From Eledone cirrhosa (taxonomy: Eukaryota), in NCBI GenBank assembly GCA_964016885.1, contig OZ024755.1:496001-560000 (forward strand): a stretch of 64,000 nt of DNA, read 5' to 3'. Position numbers and translations under genes: made by a program. The notes under the pieces are model-generated. The model did not search any database. It was not told the DNA's origin and saw nothing but the letters and a program-made list of their open reading frames with translations. Positions within the stretch are counted from its first letter, which is position 1. Each line of letters begins with the position of its first letter. Positions 51,681 through 64,000 of the stretch are shown in pieces.

Positions 51681-52894
51681 GAATAACCAATTATAGTCTG
51701 TTTGGTGTTTCAAAGGAATCTAGATTTCAGTCAAACTCATTAACCAAACAAGATTTTTACTGGTATATCATCATCGTTTAACGTCTACTTTTCCTGCTAT
51801 CATGGGTTAGACATATTTAACTAAACTGTATATGGAACTTGCATCAAGATACAGAATCAAGCAAGAGACTAGCAGTTGTTAGACCACTGGATGAGATGTC
51901 TTATGGCCTGGCTTATGTTCCGAGTTCAAATACTGCTGTGTAGCCTAATAGGACGGTAGGTTTAACTTGTCACACAGTTTAACACCATAGCTAACTCTTG
52001 AGTGACTTTAGCAGAGTTTACTTAGTTGCAAGCATTCAAACCAACCTTCCTATTTGTAGATATTTTACTCTCCCTAACAACTCACAGGCAATGTACTCCC
52101 TAACTAAATAAGAAATTATACATAAAACCATCCAACTCTATGTCCCATTGTTTTCTATATAGGATTTTGTTTTAAAGTTAGAATATAATGAGTGTCCATT
52201 GAAAAGAGGCAAGGTAGATGATATACTGAAGTGATGGGGGAGGGGGTGCTCTAAAGAAGTACTGCAGGGTAAAATGAAAGCCATTAGTGAGAACTGAATA
52301 ATTGTTATATCACACATCATATATATAATTCATCCAATTCTCACAAATGGCTTTTAAGTGAGAAGTAATTAAGGATGTTATCAACATTTAAATTCAAATT
52401 GGCACTCACACAATGTAGGAAGGAATTGTGAAAAATGCTATGTTCATTTATTTTTACAATATATTTTCAATTTTCATGGAGACGGTAATATTTAGTTGGA
52501 TATGCAAAATGAGTTCTGAAAAGCTTTTATTATAAGAAACACTACTGGATAGTAATGTAATTATTGTAAAATTGAAATTATCAAGGATATATCAGAAATG
52601 ATATGACACATTTATGTTAAAAGAAATTACTTCTTTGTTAAAAGAAATGGTTATCCTTAAATATATATAACAGACTCCAATACCTTGGTTTCCTGCAGTA
52701 ATTTCTACATTTAAAAAATAAACAATTAAAATAGCAGAACATTTTCTGGTTAATACTTTAGCAATAAAGTTGTTAATTTGCTGTCTTGTAAAATTTTGCA
52801 TTCTGCTGTTCTGTTCTGTGAATTCAAGAATGTGTATTGGAACAGGTGTTCCAATACAGGTATTTCCATACCAACAAACATTTCTCACAAATAA

Positions 52895-53350
52895 CTCAAT
52901 CCTTTTATTGCTTCATTTCAAATAAAAGACGCTGCCTTTGATTTTCAATTAATTTTGAAAAATCATCAAGAATTTGTAGGGATTTAGTAACATAACTTTC
53001 TCCTTATTAAAAGAGTGTTTGGAACATAAAAGATCTTATATAAAATTATGATGGAAGGTGATATCGAAATGTTTAAGTAATGATTCTTCACTTAGTGCAA
53101 GAGATCTTCAATCTGAACCAGTCTAAATTATAGAAATAATCCTAGATTATTATCAACTAAATTGTTGAAACCAAAGCTACCTGGAAGAAAAAAAAAAAAA
53201 AAAAAAAAAACACGTTTAACCCTTCTTTTGTTACCATATTTCTGAAGTAAAAAAAAAAAAAAAAAAAAAAAAAGTGATTTTCAAATAATTTGTTTTAATT
53301 ATCAAGAATTTTGATGGGTTTGCTAATATAACTTTCGATATTAGGCTGGT
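52895..53350 (+). mobile_element. two partial piggyBac-like MITE copies (52895-53060, 53217-53350)
   Basis: TTAA-cccttc..ttaccatatttc at 53217. Confidence 0.65.
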
Positions 53351-53817
53351 GTTATTTTATCTTTTAATTTCTTTCAAGAACTTAAACGTCTTTCTGTTTT
53401 ACTCCATTTGTGGCATCAGCTGGTAGTAAATTAAGAAATCTCACAGGACATTCATTATTTTGTTTCACATAATTAAATGTTACATTCCTTGTAGTCATAA
53501 AACAAATGTATACACACTTGTGTTAAAACAGTAAAACACAGCATTGGATGTAAAAATGTGATTAGCTTATATTGTGTTTATACTTAAAATATTTGATTTT
53601 GTTTCAAATATCTTACAACAAATGTGTTTATTATTAAAGTGTTGCTGGAGGCATGACAGCCACTCTAGTAGTAGTCCCAGAATAAAGTACACCCAGTACA
53701 CTCTGTATGTAATCTGTTTGGTGTTAAAAGTATTCAGCTATAAAAATTATGCCAAAAATGAAATGTATGCTCAAGACAAGGTCCCTGAACTGTCTAGCAT
53801 GGCAGGAGCTCATTTGT

Positions 53818-54030
53818 GAAGGCATGTGGCTTAGTGATTAGAGAATTGTGAGGTTGTGACTTGAATTCCCAAACCAGGTGATCTATTATGTCCTTGAGCA
53901 AGACACTTTATTTCATATTGTTCCTTCTACCAGTTGTGACTGGTAAATAGTATCAGCAATGGAATTGATGGAAACTTTGCTTCCTTGGTCTGATTTGATG
54001 AGTTCTACCTCACTTGATAAGCAAATGAGA
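53818..54030 (+). mobile_element. SINE family C
   Basis: Matches 30543. Confidence 0.85.
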
Positions 54031-55039
54031 TCTGGGATCTTGTTGATCATTTAAAATAAATCTCTCAAGAATTGACTAGGACTGTAATGACATGTCCAAC
54101 ACACAACATTGTGGATAGCAGGCATACAGTTATTGATATAAACTTAAGATTTCTGAAATAACTGCATAACTGACGATGGTTTTTACATGACAGTTAAGGG
54201 AAAAAAAGAAAAAGAATTCATTCTTAGTGAAGAAAAATTTCCGAGGAAAATGTACAAATATTAAGTATACAAGGATTTGTCACAGGTATGGCTGTGTGCT
54301 TAAGAAGTTAGCTTCACAACCTGTTGTGCTAGCCATTGTGTGATAGCACAATCTTAGGCAAGTATCAGACTGACAAATGACTTGTGAACAAATTATTCAA
54401 TGAGAGGAAGATACACAGAGCAGGATGCACTACATTCTGTGCATGTCTGTCTGTCTGTCTGTCTGATAAACAATTTAATAATTTTCTTTTAATATTTAAA
54501 CAAAAAAAATTGTTATCGCTTCAATAAACTAAGAGCAAAAAGTTAAATTGTTTATAGCCTGTTAAATCCAATTTTATTGCTAACTCTATACTACTACTAA
54601 TACTATTATTACTTTTATTGTTACTATAATTATTATTGTTAATATTTCAATAAAAAAAATTTTTAGAATCAAGCCAACTTTTTTTTTATTTTTTTTATTA
54701 TCTGAAATTCTGAAATGAGAAAATATATTTAGCCAAACTAAAGCTCTGCTTGTAGTACATTTGATAATCTGTCAGAGCTCTGCATGCTTGACATTTTCAA
54801 TTCTGTTATAATAGAATATTATGGCAGAAAAGATGATTTACAATACTACTTATTTCAAAAGTCTTGCTACACTTATTGCTACAGCTTTTCTTTAGTATGA
54901 TGTGGTGAACGAAACGAGTGTAAAGATTTCAGTTAATATGGAGTTAAGGAGTTTATAAAGTAGTAACTTTATTGGAAGGAATTCCACAAAACAAACCCCA
55001 TGGACTGAATAATAAAATAAGGCCAATCAATAATTTGAG

Positions 55040-55285
55040 TCATATGGCCTAGTGGTTAGAGTGTTGGTCTTACAATCAATGTTGTGGGTTCAATTCCTGG
55101 ACTGGGGTGTACTGTGTTCTTGAGCAAAATACTTCATTTCACGTTACTCCAGTATACTCAACTGAAAATGAGTACCAGCAATAGCTGGGAGTTTAACCTT
55201 GTGCTGGACTGGCATCTTGTCCAGGGGAGAGTCTTGAAGTCTCAGTCAATGCCATGGAAACTGGAATAAGCACCGGCCTGATGAT
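55040..55285 (+). mobile_element. SINE family B, full length
   Basis: A box tggcctagtgg, B box ggttcaattcc, tail ccggcctgatga. Confidence 0.9.
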
Positions 55286-56659
55286 GGCAGTGGTTGTAAT
55301 AGTGGCAATGGTGATTGTGGTGGTGGTGATGATGACTCAATGCTTCAGGCACATTGATAGTTTTAGAAATTTGTAATCTGATGGTCATAAATTTTGTAGT
55401 TAAATTGATTTAAGTAGTAAACCAAATTTTACTTTTTACCTACTATAACATATCAAACTATCCCTAAATCTTAAATGTCTGCATTATCAGTCATACAAGA
55501 TTTTGTTAAACTTAAGAAAACAACCAAATATACTTGGTTGTTTTTCATTGTAGAAATTTTCTTTGTTCTTCAAAATCAGTCAAAATGTTTCAGCTGATAA
55601 AAACATGGCTAACTTATTTTGATATAAGCCATGTCAAACCTAAATTACTTTTGAAAAAGATCTGATATCTTATCCTTTATCGATACTTTCTCAGATGCAT
55701 GTGCCAAAAGCATTAGTGTTAGAAGATCTAAGATGATATACTGTGATTTTTATTGCAGCAAAAATAGTGAAAACATTACCAATATGTTTTCTTGTTTCTT
55801 TTTTTGGTTGTTTTAGCTCGAGGCAATTACTAAAGTCATGCTAATCTTTATATATGGAGATAAATGTTGAGGAACATATCTAAAGTAAGGAACTTAAATA
55901 CTGGTTTAGAAAAAAAAAAAAAAAAAAAAATAGGTTTCACTTATTTTCCTCCTTTTGAGTGGTTAGCAGTTGGAAGGGCCATTGATCTATAAAAGTAATT
56001 GCTTCAATAGAGAGCCTACACAACCATAAAAATGGATGGAAGGGAAAAATGTGTTCTATTATGTGAAATACGCAGTGAAGGAGAGGAGGAGGGGGAAGAG
56101 GAACGGACTACAGTTTCGGACGTCACAACACATCACGTACCAGTTCAATGTTTGCAATAAAAAGTTAGGATTGTGAGGACTATGTAGTCCTGCCAAGGAC
56201 ATAACCTCTCTGGCCCTGGTGCCATGATAAAATCCACCTAGTACACTCTGTAAAGTGATTGGCCTTAAGAAGGGTATCTAGTCATAGAAACCATGTTACA
56301 TCACATCAAGACTTAGTGGGGTTCCTCAAATTCTTAACTGGATATGAAAACTCAATCAGAATGTAAATGAATTTAAATCATTTGAAAATATATGAAAATA
56401 TTTTTTAAGCTGGTAAAATACTATTCTATATTAAAATGTTTTTCAAAATATGTCAAAATTACCCACTGAAGTATGATATAAATATGAGATAAATTTAGAT
56501 TGTAGTTTTTAGATTACAGCATATTTGGAGTAAATATTTTCAATTTAAGATAAAAATAGAACAAACTATATCAATTTTCGAGTTTACTAAGTAATTAGGT
56601 CAACATTATTACGATTGTTGACCTTTCACCATTAGAAAAGGATTAATAGCTTAGTTATA

Positions 56660-56810
56660 GAAAAGGTGATAGTTGGCAGAACCATTAGAGTGGTTGACAA
56701 TAAGCTCTTGTGCTATTTCTGCTAATACTTCATGTTCTGAGTTCAAATCCTGCTGAAGTCAGGTTTACTTTCCATCATTCCAGGGTAGATAAAAATAAAG
56801 TACTGATTCA
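56660..56810 (+). mobile_element. SINE family A
   Basis: gttggcagaacc.ttagag..gttcaaatcc..tttccatcattccagggtagataaaa. Confidence 0.7.
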
Positions 56811-57074
56811 GGACAATAAGAGGAATTGTTTAGAACATGGAGCAAATACAATATATAGGGTCAAGAGGACTTTTAGTCTTATTGAAGACTTCTCTAGTCT
56901 CGGTGCCATGAAAACATGTACCCAGTACACCCTGTATGTAAACTGGGTGGTGTTAAGAAAAATATCCAGTAATAAAAATTGTGCCAAAGTATGTTGTCCA
57001 ATGCTCTGCCAATACTGCCACCCTAAATCTCTCATCTAGTTGTTTCATTTTACCCGTTTGTTTTTGTCAGGCCT

Positions 57075-57360
57075 CGATGTGTTGGTGGCAGCAATACAGC
57101 TGGACCATGGGAACCTAATCAGTATATAACTACATATTCCTTTCTACACTTGTCAGATCTAGATATGTTTGTGGTTACAATACAGCTCAGCCACGGGAAC
57201 TTCACCAGTATATAATTATACACACTCTCCACCTATGCTAACATGGAAGATGGATGTTAAACGAAGATGATGATGATTACACAGACCTAGATATGTTTGT
57301 TGTTACAGTACAGCTGGGCTATGAGAACCTCATCAGTATATAGCTATATATAGTTTCTCC
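57075..57360 (+). repeat. three diverged ~75-bp repeats, one followed by an RTE tail
   Basis: gat.tgtt.gt.g...ca.tacagct....catgggaacct.atcagtatata at about 57076, 57160 and 57288. Confidence 0.8.
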
Positions 57361-58639
57361 ATTATAATACATTACACAGTTGGTAACCCAGAACAGTCTT
57401 TAGGCCTAGAAAGGAAATTATTGCTGCTTTATTCACAATTTTCAACAATACATAAAAACAAATTTTTTTGTTCTGTTTTGGTTTTTTTTTACCATCAAAT
57501 ATCATCACTCGATCAATTAATCAATTCATATTATTCCTCCTCCAGTTTACTTTTTGGTTTTTCTTTATAAATTTACAATAGTTAGTCTTCTTGTTGTTGT
57601 TTAATTCTTCTCTATTTCTCTCTCAAGAATTCATTTTCTGTCAATACTGAATATTCTCTGCTTTAGTAGAGATACATAAAAATAAGGAAGCTGCTTTTAG
57701 CTGATTGCAAAAACTTGTACAAGTATAGATATTTTCATTGTAATATAAAAGAAAGATTTTTTTATGTATTTAAAATATATTTAGTGAAAATTGATATGTT
57801 TGATGGATCTCTAAAGTTACAGTTTTTGTATATCAATGAAACACATTTTCATGACACATTGCAGTAATACCTCTTCGATATTATTGGAACTCAAAGATTA
57901 AAGCCCGAGTTGTGGAAAGAGTTCAAGACTATTTGATTTAACTCTTTTTACTCTAGCAAACTGGTTCTGTGAGATTTTTTATTTTTCATTTAAAAAAAAA
58001 AAAAAAAATGTTTAATCCTTCCATTATAATTTTATACAAGAACCTTTGTTGGGTGACTAACAGGAACAACATGAATCAACTGATGAAAGGTTGTCACATT
58101 CTTTCATTTATTCAATCTGTCTTTGAATTGTAAAAAATCTCAGGTGGCTCTTGCCTCATAGTCCCAGCAGAAAATATTACCCAAGAGAGTGATGAAGGAG
58201 ATATGCTGAAAGAGCCAGAAGAAATAGAAGCTAACTGCACAGAGCATATACTCGTGTGTCACATCTCCATTTTACATACATTTACAATGTACCAAATATT
58301 TTAGATTCAGGTTTTGTAGACCAGTAAGTCGCATGCTGGTGTTTCATGTTCTAGTGGGGAAAAGATGCAACTTACACACAAGTTATAATATTGCTATATA
58401 AAGTGAACTAAAACTTATTTTACAAAATGGGCTATAAAGCCTAATTTGCAATTATTAACCTATATTCTCGAACAAAAAAAAGACATTATTTTTTACTTAT
58501 TTTGTAAATGTAGAAATAACTTCTGTGTTTGAAAATATCACCAGAAATATGAAAGTATCACTTTCATAAAAGTCAGTTCATTTCCTCAACTATAAACAAT
58601 AATAGACATTTTTTTTTTTTCTTTAAAATCTCAGCTTAC

Positions 58640-58681
58640 AAGTAACATCAACAATGAAATGTCTTCATAAATATATTTTGT
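58640..58681 (-). CDS. possible 42-nt exon (TKYIYEDISLLMLL if phase 0)
   Basis: gattatatttttcttCAG| ... ctt|GTAAGC; only one frame open. Confidence 0.25.
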
Positions 58682-59084
58682 CTGAAGAAAAATATAATCA
58701 TTCAGTCGAGCATAGATAATGTTGTTGTTACAATATTTATTGTTTGCTTTCAACATTAAATCATTTATTCTAGGTTTAAAGTCTTTCTCAAAACCAATTT
58801 TTAGTCTGGCCAAATATGACATTTCCTTTCTGTTTATCAATTTGGAACCACCATAATAAAGAATTATTATGAGACAAAATTAAACCCTTTCCTATGAATA
58901 ATCGATATATATATATATATATATATATAGATATATATATATAGATATATATATATAGATATATATATAGAGAGATATATAGATATATATATATCCAATA
59001 CACATATATAAACAAATATATAAACTGTATGAATTATCATATCCTATATAGCCTCTGTAATGAACACTTAGTCATTCTAAATGG

Positions 59085-59195
59085 GAAGGCACATAGCCTA
59101 GTGGTAAGGGTGTTGAACTTTCCTGACGTTTGTGTCATGGGTTCGGTACCTGGACTGGATTGCGTGTTCTTGAGCAAAACACTTCATTTTCCTTA
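59085..59195 (+). mobile_element. SINE family B, 5' part
   Basis: tagcctagtgg..gggttcggtacctggactgg..gttcttgagcaaaacacttcattt. Confidence 0.75.
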
Positions 59196-61216
59196 ACTCT
59201 TTAATCCACTTATACTAACATCAGAATTTGCTAAAACATTCAATGCCAAAACACCCTTTTACCCTCTGCTGTGAATAAAAAGCTTTTAGTTAAGGAAAGC
59301 GATTTAACCTATCATCTTTATAGTTTAAGTAAAGTGAAGCTCACCAGATCAACAGATCACCAGTGGCCTACAATAGGTTGGCCAAGAAAACAAACTAAAA
59401 TGGAATCGTAACTGAATATTAAAATGGGATTGTAAGAGACTGATACAAAAATGTAATCAACTAATTTCTCTCATTAACCAGAGTTGATTACGATACATCT
59501 CGTTCCCTTCATGGATGAGTGGTCTCCATGTGCCAACATAACTCAGAGGTTTGGCCAATCAACTCAATTGTCTTTGAAAGACTTTAGAATGTTCTGACAG
59601 TCTTGTTGAAAACATTCCAACTAGAAAAACCTTTTACAGAATTTTCGATTTCAATTTGATGTTTCTTAATAGCTATTGATGATGATGATGATGATAAATA
59701 GCTATTACTTTTCATGTTCTGATGTACTGAATAAAGGACACCATCATGATCATCATCCATTCTTCCCTGCTAGCAAGAATTGGATAGGTTGTCACAGACA
59801 AGTTACTGTAATAGAATTGCTATGATATTTGTTGCCACTGTTTACTTCCAAGTTTTACTGACATTATCAACAAAACTTCCAAGTAAATCCAATCCAATCC
59901 CTTCTCACTCCTGTTGGAGGAACCCCTCCCTAGTTGACCACTGCTTTTCTGTTTGGTTTTGGTCATGTCTTCAGGGGTGTAGCTGTACTCACCACACTTG
60001 ACCAATTGCAGGTTCATGAGGCTATTTATCCGAGTAAATAGTCACCATTAATAATATTTTACACACACACACACACACACACTGATGTACACAAACACCC
60101 ATGCACAAACACACTGATGTCCACATGGAAAAATTATAGCTAATTATCCCAATTAACCATCCATTATTACAAATAGAAGTCACTGCTGTCATAATTAAAA
60201 ACAAGATTTTAAAAATTCATAAAATATGTACTTTTCTTTTGAGTTCAATTGTAAGATTTCAAATGAAATAATATTTCTTTCTCCAAAACAAAATATATAA
60301 AATATAGTTTTTAAAATATACTATGTAAGAATAATTTATAACATTTCTTTGGCTTCCTCATTCTAAACTTTGAAATTCAATATATTTTATCAGATAAGAT
60401 AATTGAGTAGTTTTAATTATTAAATATAAATACAACATATCTTTAACCCTGCACTTCTTTAACCATGTACTTCTAATGTCTTTTATAAAAAGTCTGTCTC
60501 AAACATTTTATTTATTTAACAGCGTGGTTGGTGAATAAGTAGAGACAGTAACAGAATCAAAAGGACTCTAGTCTCTCCAAGGACTTGACAACCTCTCTAG
60601 TGACAGTGTCATGATAAAATGCACCTTGTACACTCTGTAAGGTGGTTGGACTTAGAACATCATCCAATCATTGCAACTACAAAAAAAATATATTTCGACA
60701 AATAGAATATTTGAGCTAGATGGGATCCTCAGACTCACGAGGGGAGTAACTGTGAATAAGAACCGACTAAACCATGGCAATCCACCCAACACATACAAGT
60801 AAAGATAGGTGTAAAAATTGTAATAATGACAATAAATGTATGAAATAAAATTTTCAAGAAGTTAGTTTAGGTACAAAAAGTTATTAAAAATATTAATATT
60901 TCAGTTAGTAAGAAAAATAGTAATAAAAAGATTGGTTAATAACTTTTAGAAATTGGTTAGAGTCATAAAGAGGAGAGTGTTTAGAAAAGCAAATAGAATG
61001 TGTAAGGAATGGAAAACAGACAAATTAAACATCTTAATGTTTTACTATTGAGAGAAAGAGTGTGAGAAAGAGAGAGAATGTATATGTGTACAAGTGCTTG
61101 CATACACACACATTCACACTATATATATTTTCTCAGTAGCTTCTGCAATTTGCAAACACATTTTCTAGTTCGAGGGATTAGTTTTTCACTTATCCATTCA
61201 TCAATTTTGAATTCAA

Positions 61217-61400
61217 TTGAATCTTAGCTAGTATATATCTTGAATCATAGCTAGTATATATATTGAATCATAGCTAGTATATATCTTGAATCATAGCTAG
61301 TATATATCTTGAATCATAGCTAGTATATATCTTGAATCATAGCTAGTATATATCTTGAATCATAGCTAGTATATATCTTGAATCTTAGCTAGTATATATA
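61217..61400 (+). repeat. 23-bp minisatellite, about 8 copies
   Basis: ttgaatcatagctagtatatatc. Confidence 0.97.
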
Positions 61401-61512
61401 TTCAGTTGTCAATTGTTAAAACCTACTTCATGTTATCTATCAATACCATTACAGAAATACAAACATAAATTGAGAATTTCAATTGTTATTGTAATGGAAT
61501 TATTGCATTAGG

Positions 61513-61591
61513 TGTTATTGTCAGTGAACAATATGTCTGAAATACCACCTTTGTTATTGTCAGTGAACAATATGTCTGAAATGCCACCTTT
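61513..61591 (+). repeat. 39-bp tandem duplication
   Basis: tgttattgtcagtgaacaatatgtctgaaat(a/g)ccacctt twice. Confidence 0.95.
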
Positions 61592-63014
61592 GACTAAACC
61601 ACAAAAACAATTAGATTTCAACTGACTACCTTTCTATTAAATAAATTCTCATTTCGCCATTTGTATCTAGCATATCCACTGTGCTGGTAAATGCAGATAC
61701 CTAAATTATCTTAACTTTAACTTTCAAAAGATAAAATAAAACCTAATTTCCATTGAATTCATTTATCAATTTGTTTAATCGTTTTGATAAACTGCTTGAA
61801 CAACCCTGGCTCTATGATTATAATAAAAATAATAATTTGTATATTTTAAAAACACTTCATCATAATTTTACATAAGAACTCTTGTAAAGTTATGTTCAAA
61901 ACACCAGCTTAGCACTTCTCATTACCATATTTCTAATTGACCTTGTGCCTATATTGGAAATCAATATAACTACAGGGCCTGTATATGTAGTTGTTATATT
62001 TTCAATCCAGCCACTATGCTGTAAATACATATGTCTAAATTATCTAAACTTTAGTAACTCTCAAAAAGATGAGACAAAAATCATTTTTACCTTCTCTATA
62101 CATATGGTAACTCTACATATTCTTCTTAGAAATTCCTTTTTCATTTTGTATTGTTTCCTATTGAAAATTAATTCCAGTATTTTATCCAAGTTATCTACAG
62201 TTTTACAGCCAGTTCCTTCTAAAACAAAGACACTAAAGACTTTACTTAGATTAATAGCCTTTCAAATATTTTTATCTCTTACTCATAAATTGTTAGCCAA
62301 AGGACTACTGGCATCCTTGATGTTTCCTTTCTATTCTTGGATAGATATTACATTTACTTGAAAACATGCATTACTTCAACTACTTTCATCTTAATATATG
62401 ACTTGTTACTGATTTGTGGACTTTGAAACAGTCATTTTCTTCAGCTTTCAAGTTGTTTATTCCTGGCATTCTTCTGTAATTCCATTTCGTTCAAATAACT
62501 ATATTTAATAAATATGCAGATGAAAATCAATATTTATGTTAATGCTTTTACTTTAGCCAGCTATCTGTATTCATGGATAATCCCCTCGAAACTACTACAA
62601 AACTATGGATAAGTGACTCTTTCACATGATTCTCAGAATAAATCACATATATAAAATAGACAAATTATTTCCAGTCCTCTTAACCCTTTTAATACAAACA
62701 TGCATGAGATGTTTGCACTTATGTGCTCATATTTAAATTACTATCTCATAAAATAAATGATACTGGGAGATTTTAGTTACTCAACATCAATATAATATAT
62801 TAACATATAAAGTTTAATATTTGACTAAATTCCTCAATCTTTATATTGAAAGTTAAATGACATAAGTACTATAATCATTAGAAATATAGTCGGAAGAAGG
62901 TTGAGAGGTTTACAGAAACCAAAACTCCTTATTAACCCTGTTCTGACTAGATGGTATAGTATTGTAGGGGTATCATTGTGGCATATGCTGTTTCTTGGGC
63001 ATTTTAAGCATGGC

Positions 63015-63235
63015 GAAGTTCATCTTCTCTCCAGGTCTGAACACAGAAGATTTCTTCCAGAGAAGGATAGAGAGTGAAAGAGATATAGAGGAAGAATCGA
63101 CCCCAGTACTAGATTGGTACTTTTTTTTTTTAATCAACCTCAAAAGGATAAAAGGCAAAGTTGACGATGGTGGGATTTGAACCAAGATCAGAGAGCCAGA
63201 ACAAATAATGCAAAGCATTCTATCCAACTTTGCCT
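63015..63235 (-). mobile_element. SINE family A, long-tail variant
   Basis: ccccagtactaga..ggtac..aaaggcaaagttgac..gggatttgaac. Confidence 0.85.
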
Positions 63236-63267
63236 TCTGACAATAAACATGTTTCAGTTAATTTTGA

Positions 63268-64000
<733 letters not shown>

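Noticed and set aside
52833-52858. Small 10-12-bp hairpins (also about 36802, 41588, 55518)
   Set aside because: Expected at this frequency in AT-rich DNA; no supporting context.
53170-53212. Strong poly-T acceptor TTCCAG|GTAGCT on the minus strand
   Set aside because: The fused donor is non-consensus, the tract is a mononucleotide run beside a MITE, and stops follow.
55040-55110. tRNA genes suggested by A/B boxes (also 2088, 30543, 53818)
   Set aside because: The heads continue into SINE bodies and do not form full cloverleaves.

Overview
AT-rich, microsatellite-dense animal genomic DNA. The repeat set (several tRNA-derived SINE families, RTE LINE 3' ends with (GAT)n tails, TTAA-flanked MITEs) looks like an octopus or other coleoid cephalopod genome; this is inferred from repeat content, not from a search. 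There is no intact long protein-coding gene: the long ORFs are translations of simple repeats or decayed RTE, CR1/L2 and mariner fragments. The window reads best as the inside of a very large intron-rich gene transcribed on the minus strand. Support comes from (i) a 45/42-nt cassette exon at 4966-5010 with strong splice sites, a NAGNAG acceptor, a UGC next to the acceptor and UGCAUG on both sides, and (ii) two consensus fused acceptor/donor sites (Yn-YAG|GTRAGT) at 44157/44158 and 13026/13027. The first is followed 40 nt later by a second GTAAGT donor, which is the architecture of recursive splice sites with a cryptic RS-exon. Candidate recursive splicing in a cephalopod-like giant intron is the most interesting signal. 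Other structures: a mariner remnant with a third TIR copied from its own right end, a 94-bp near-perfect palindrome, a ~77-bp inverted repeat, decayed hammerhead-like motifs, a minisatellite grown from a LINE 3' end, and nested transposon insertions. Coordinates of degenerate repeats are approximate. No database searches or RNA data were available.
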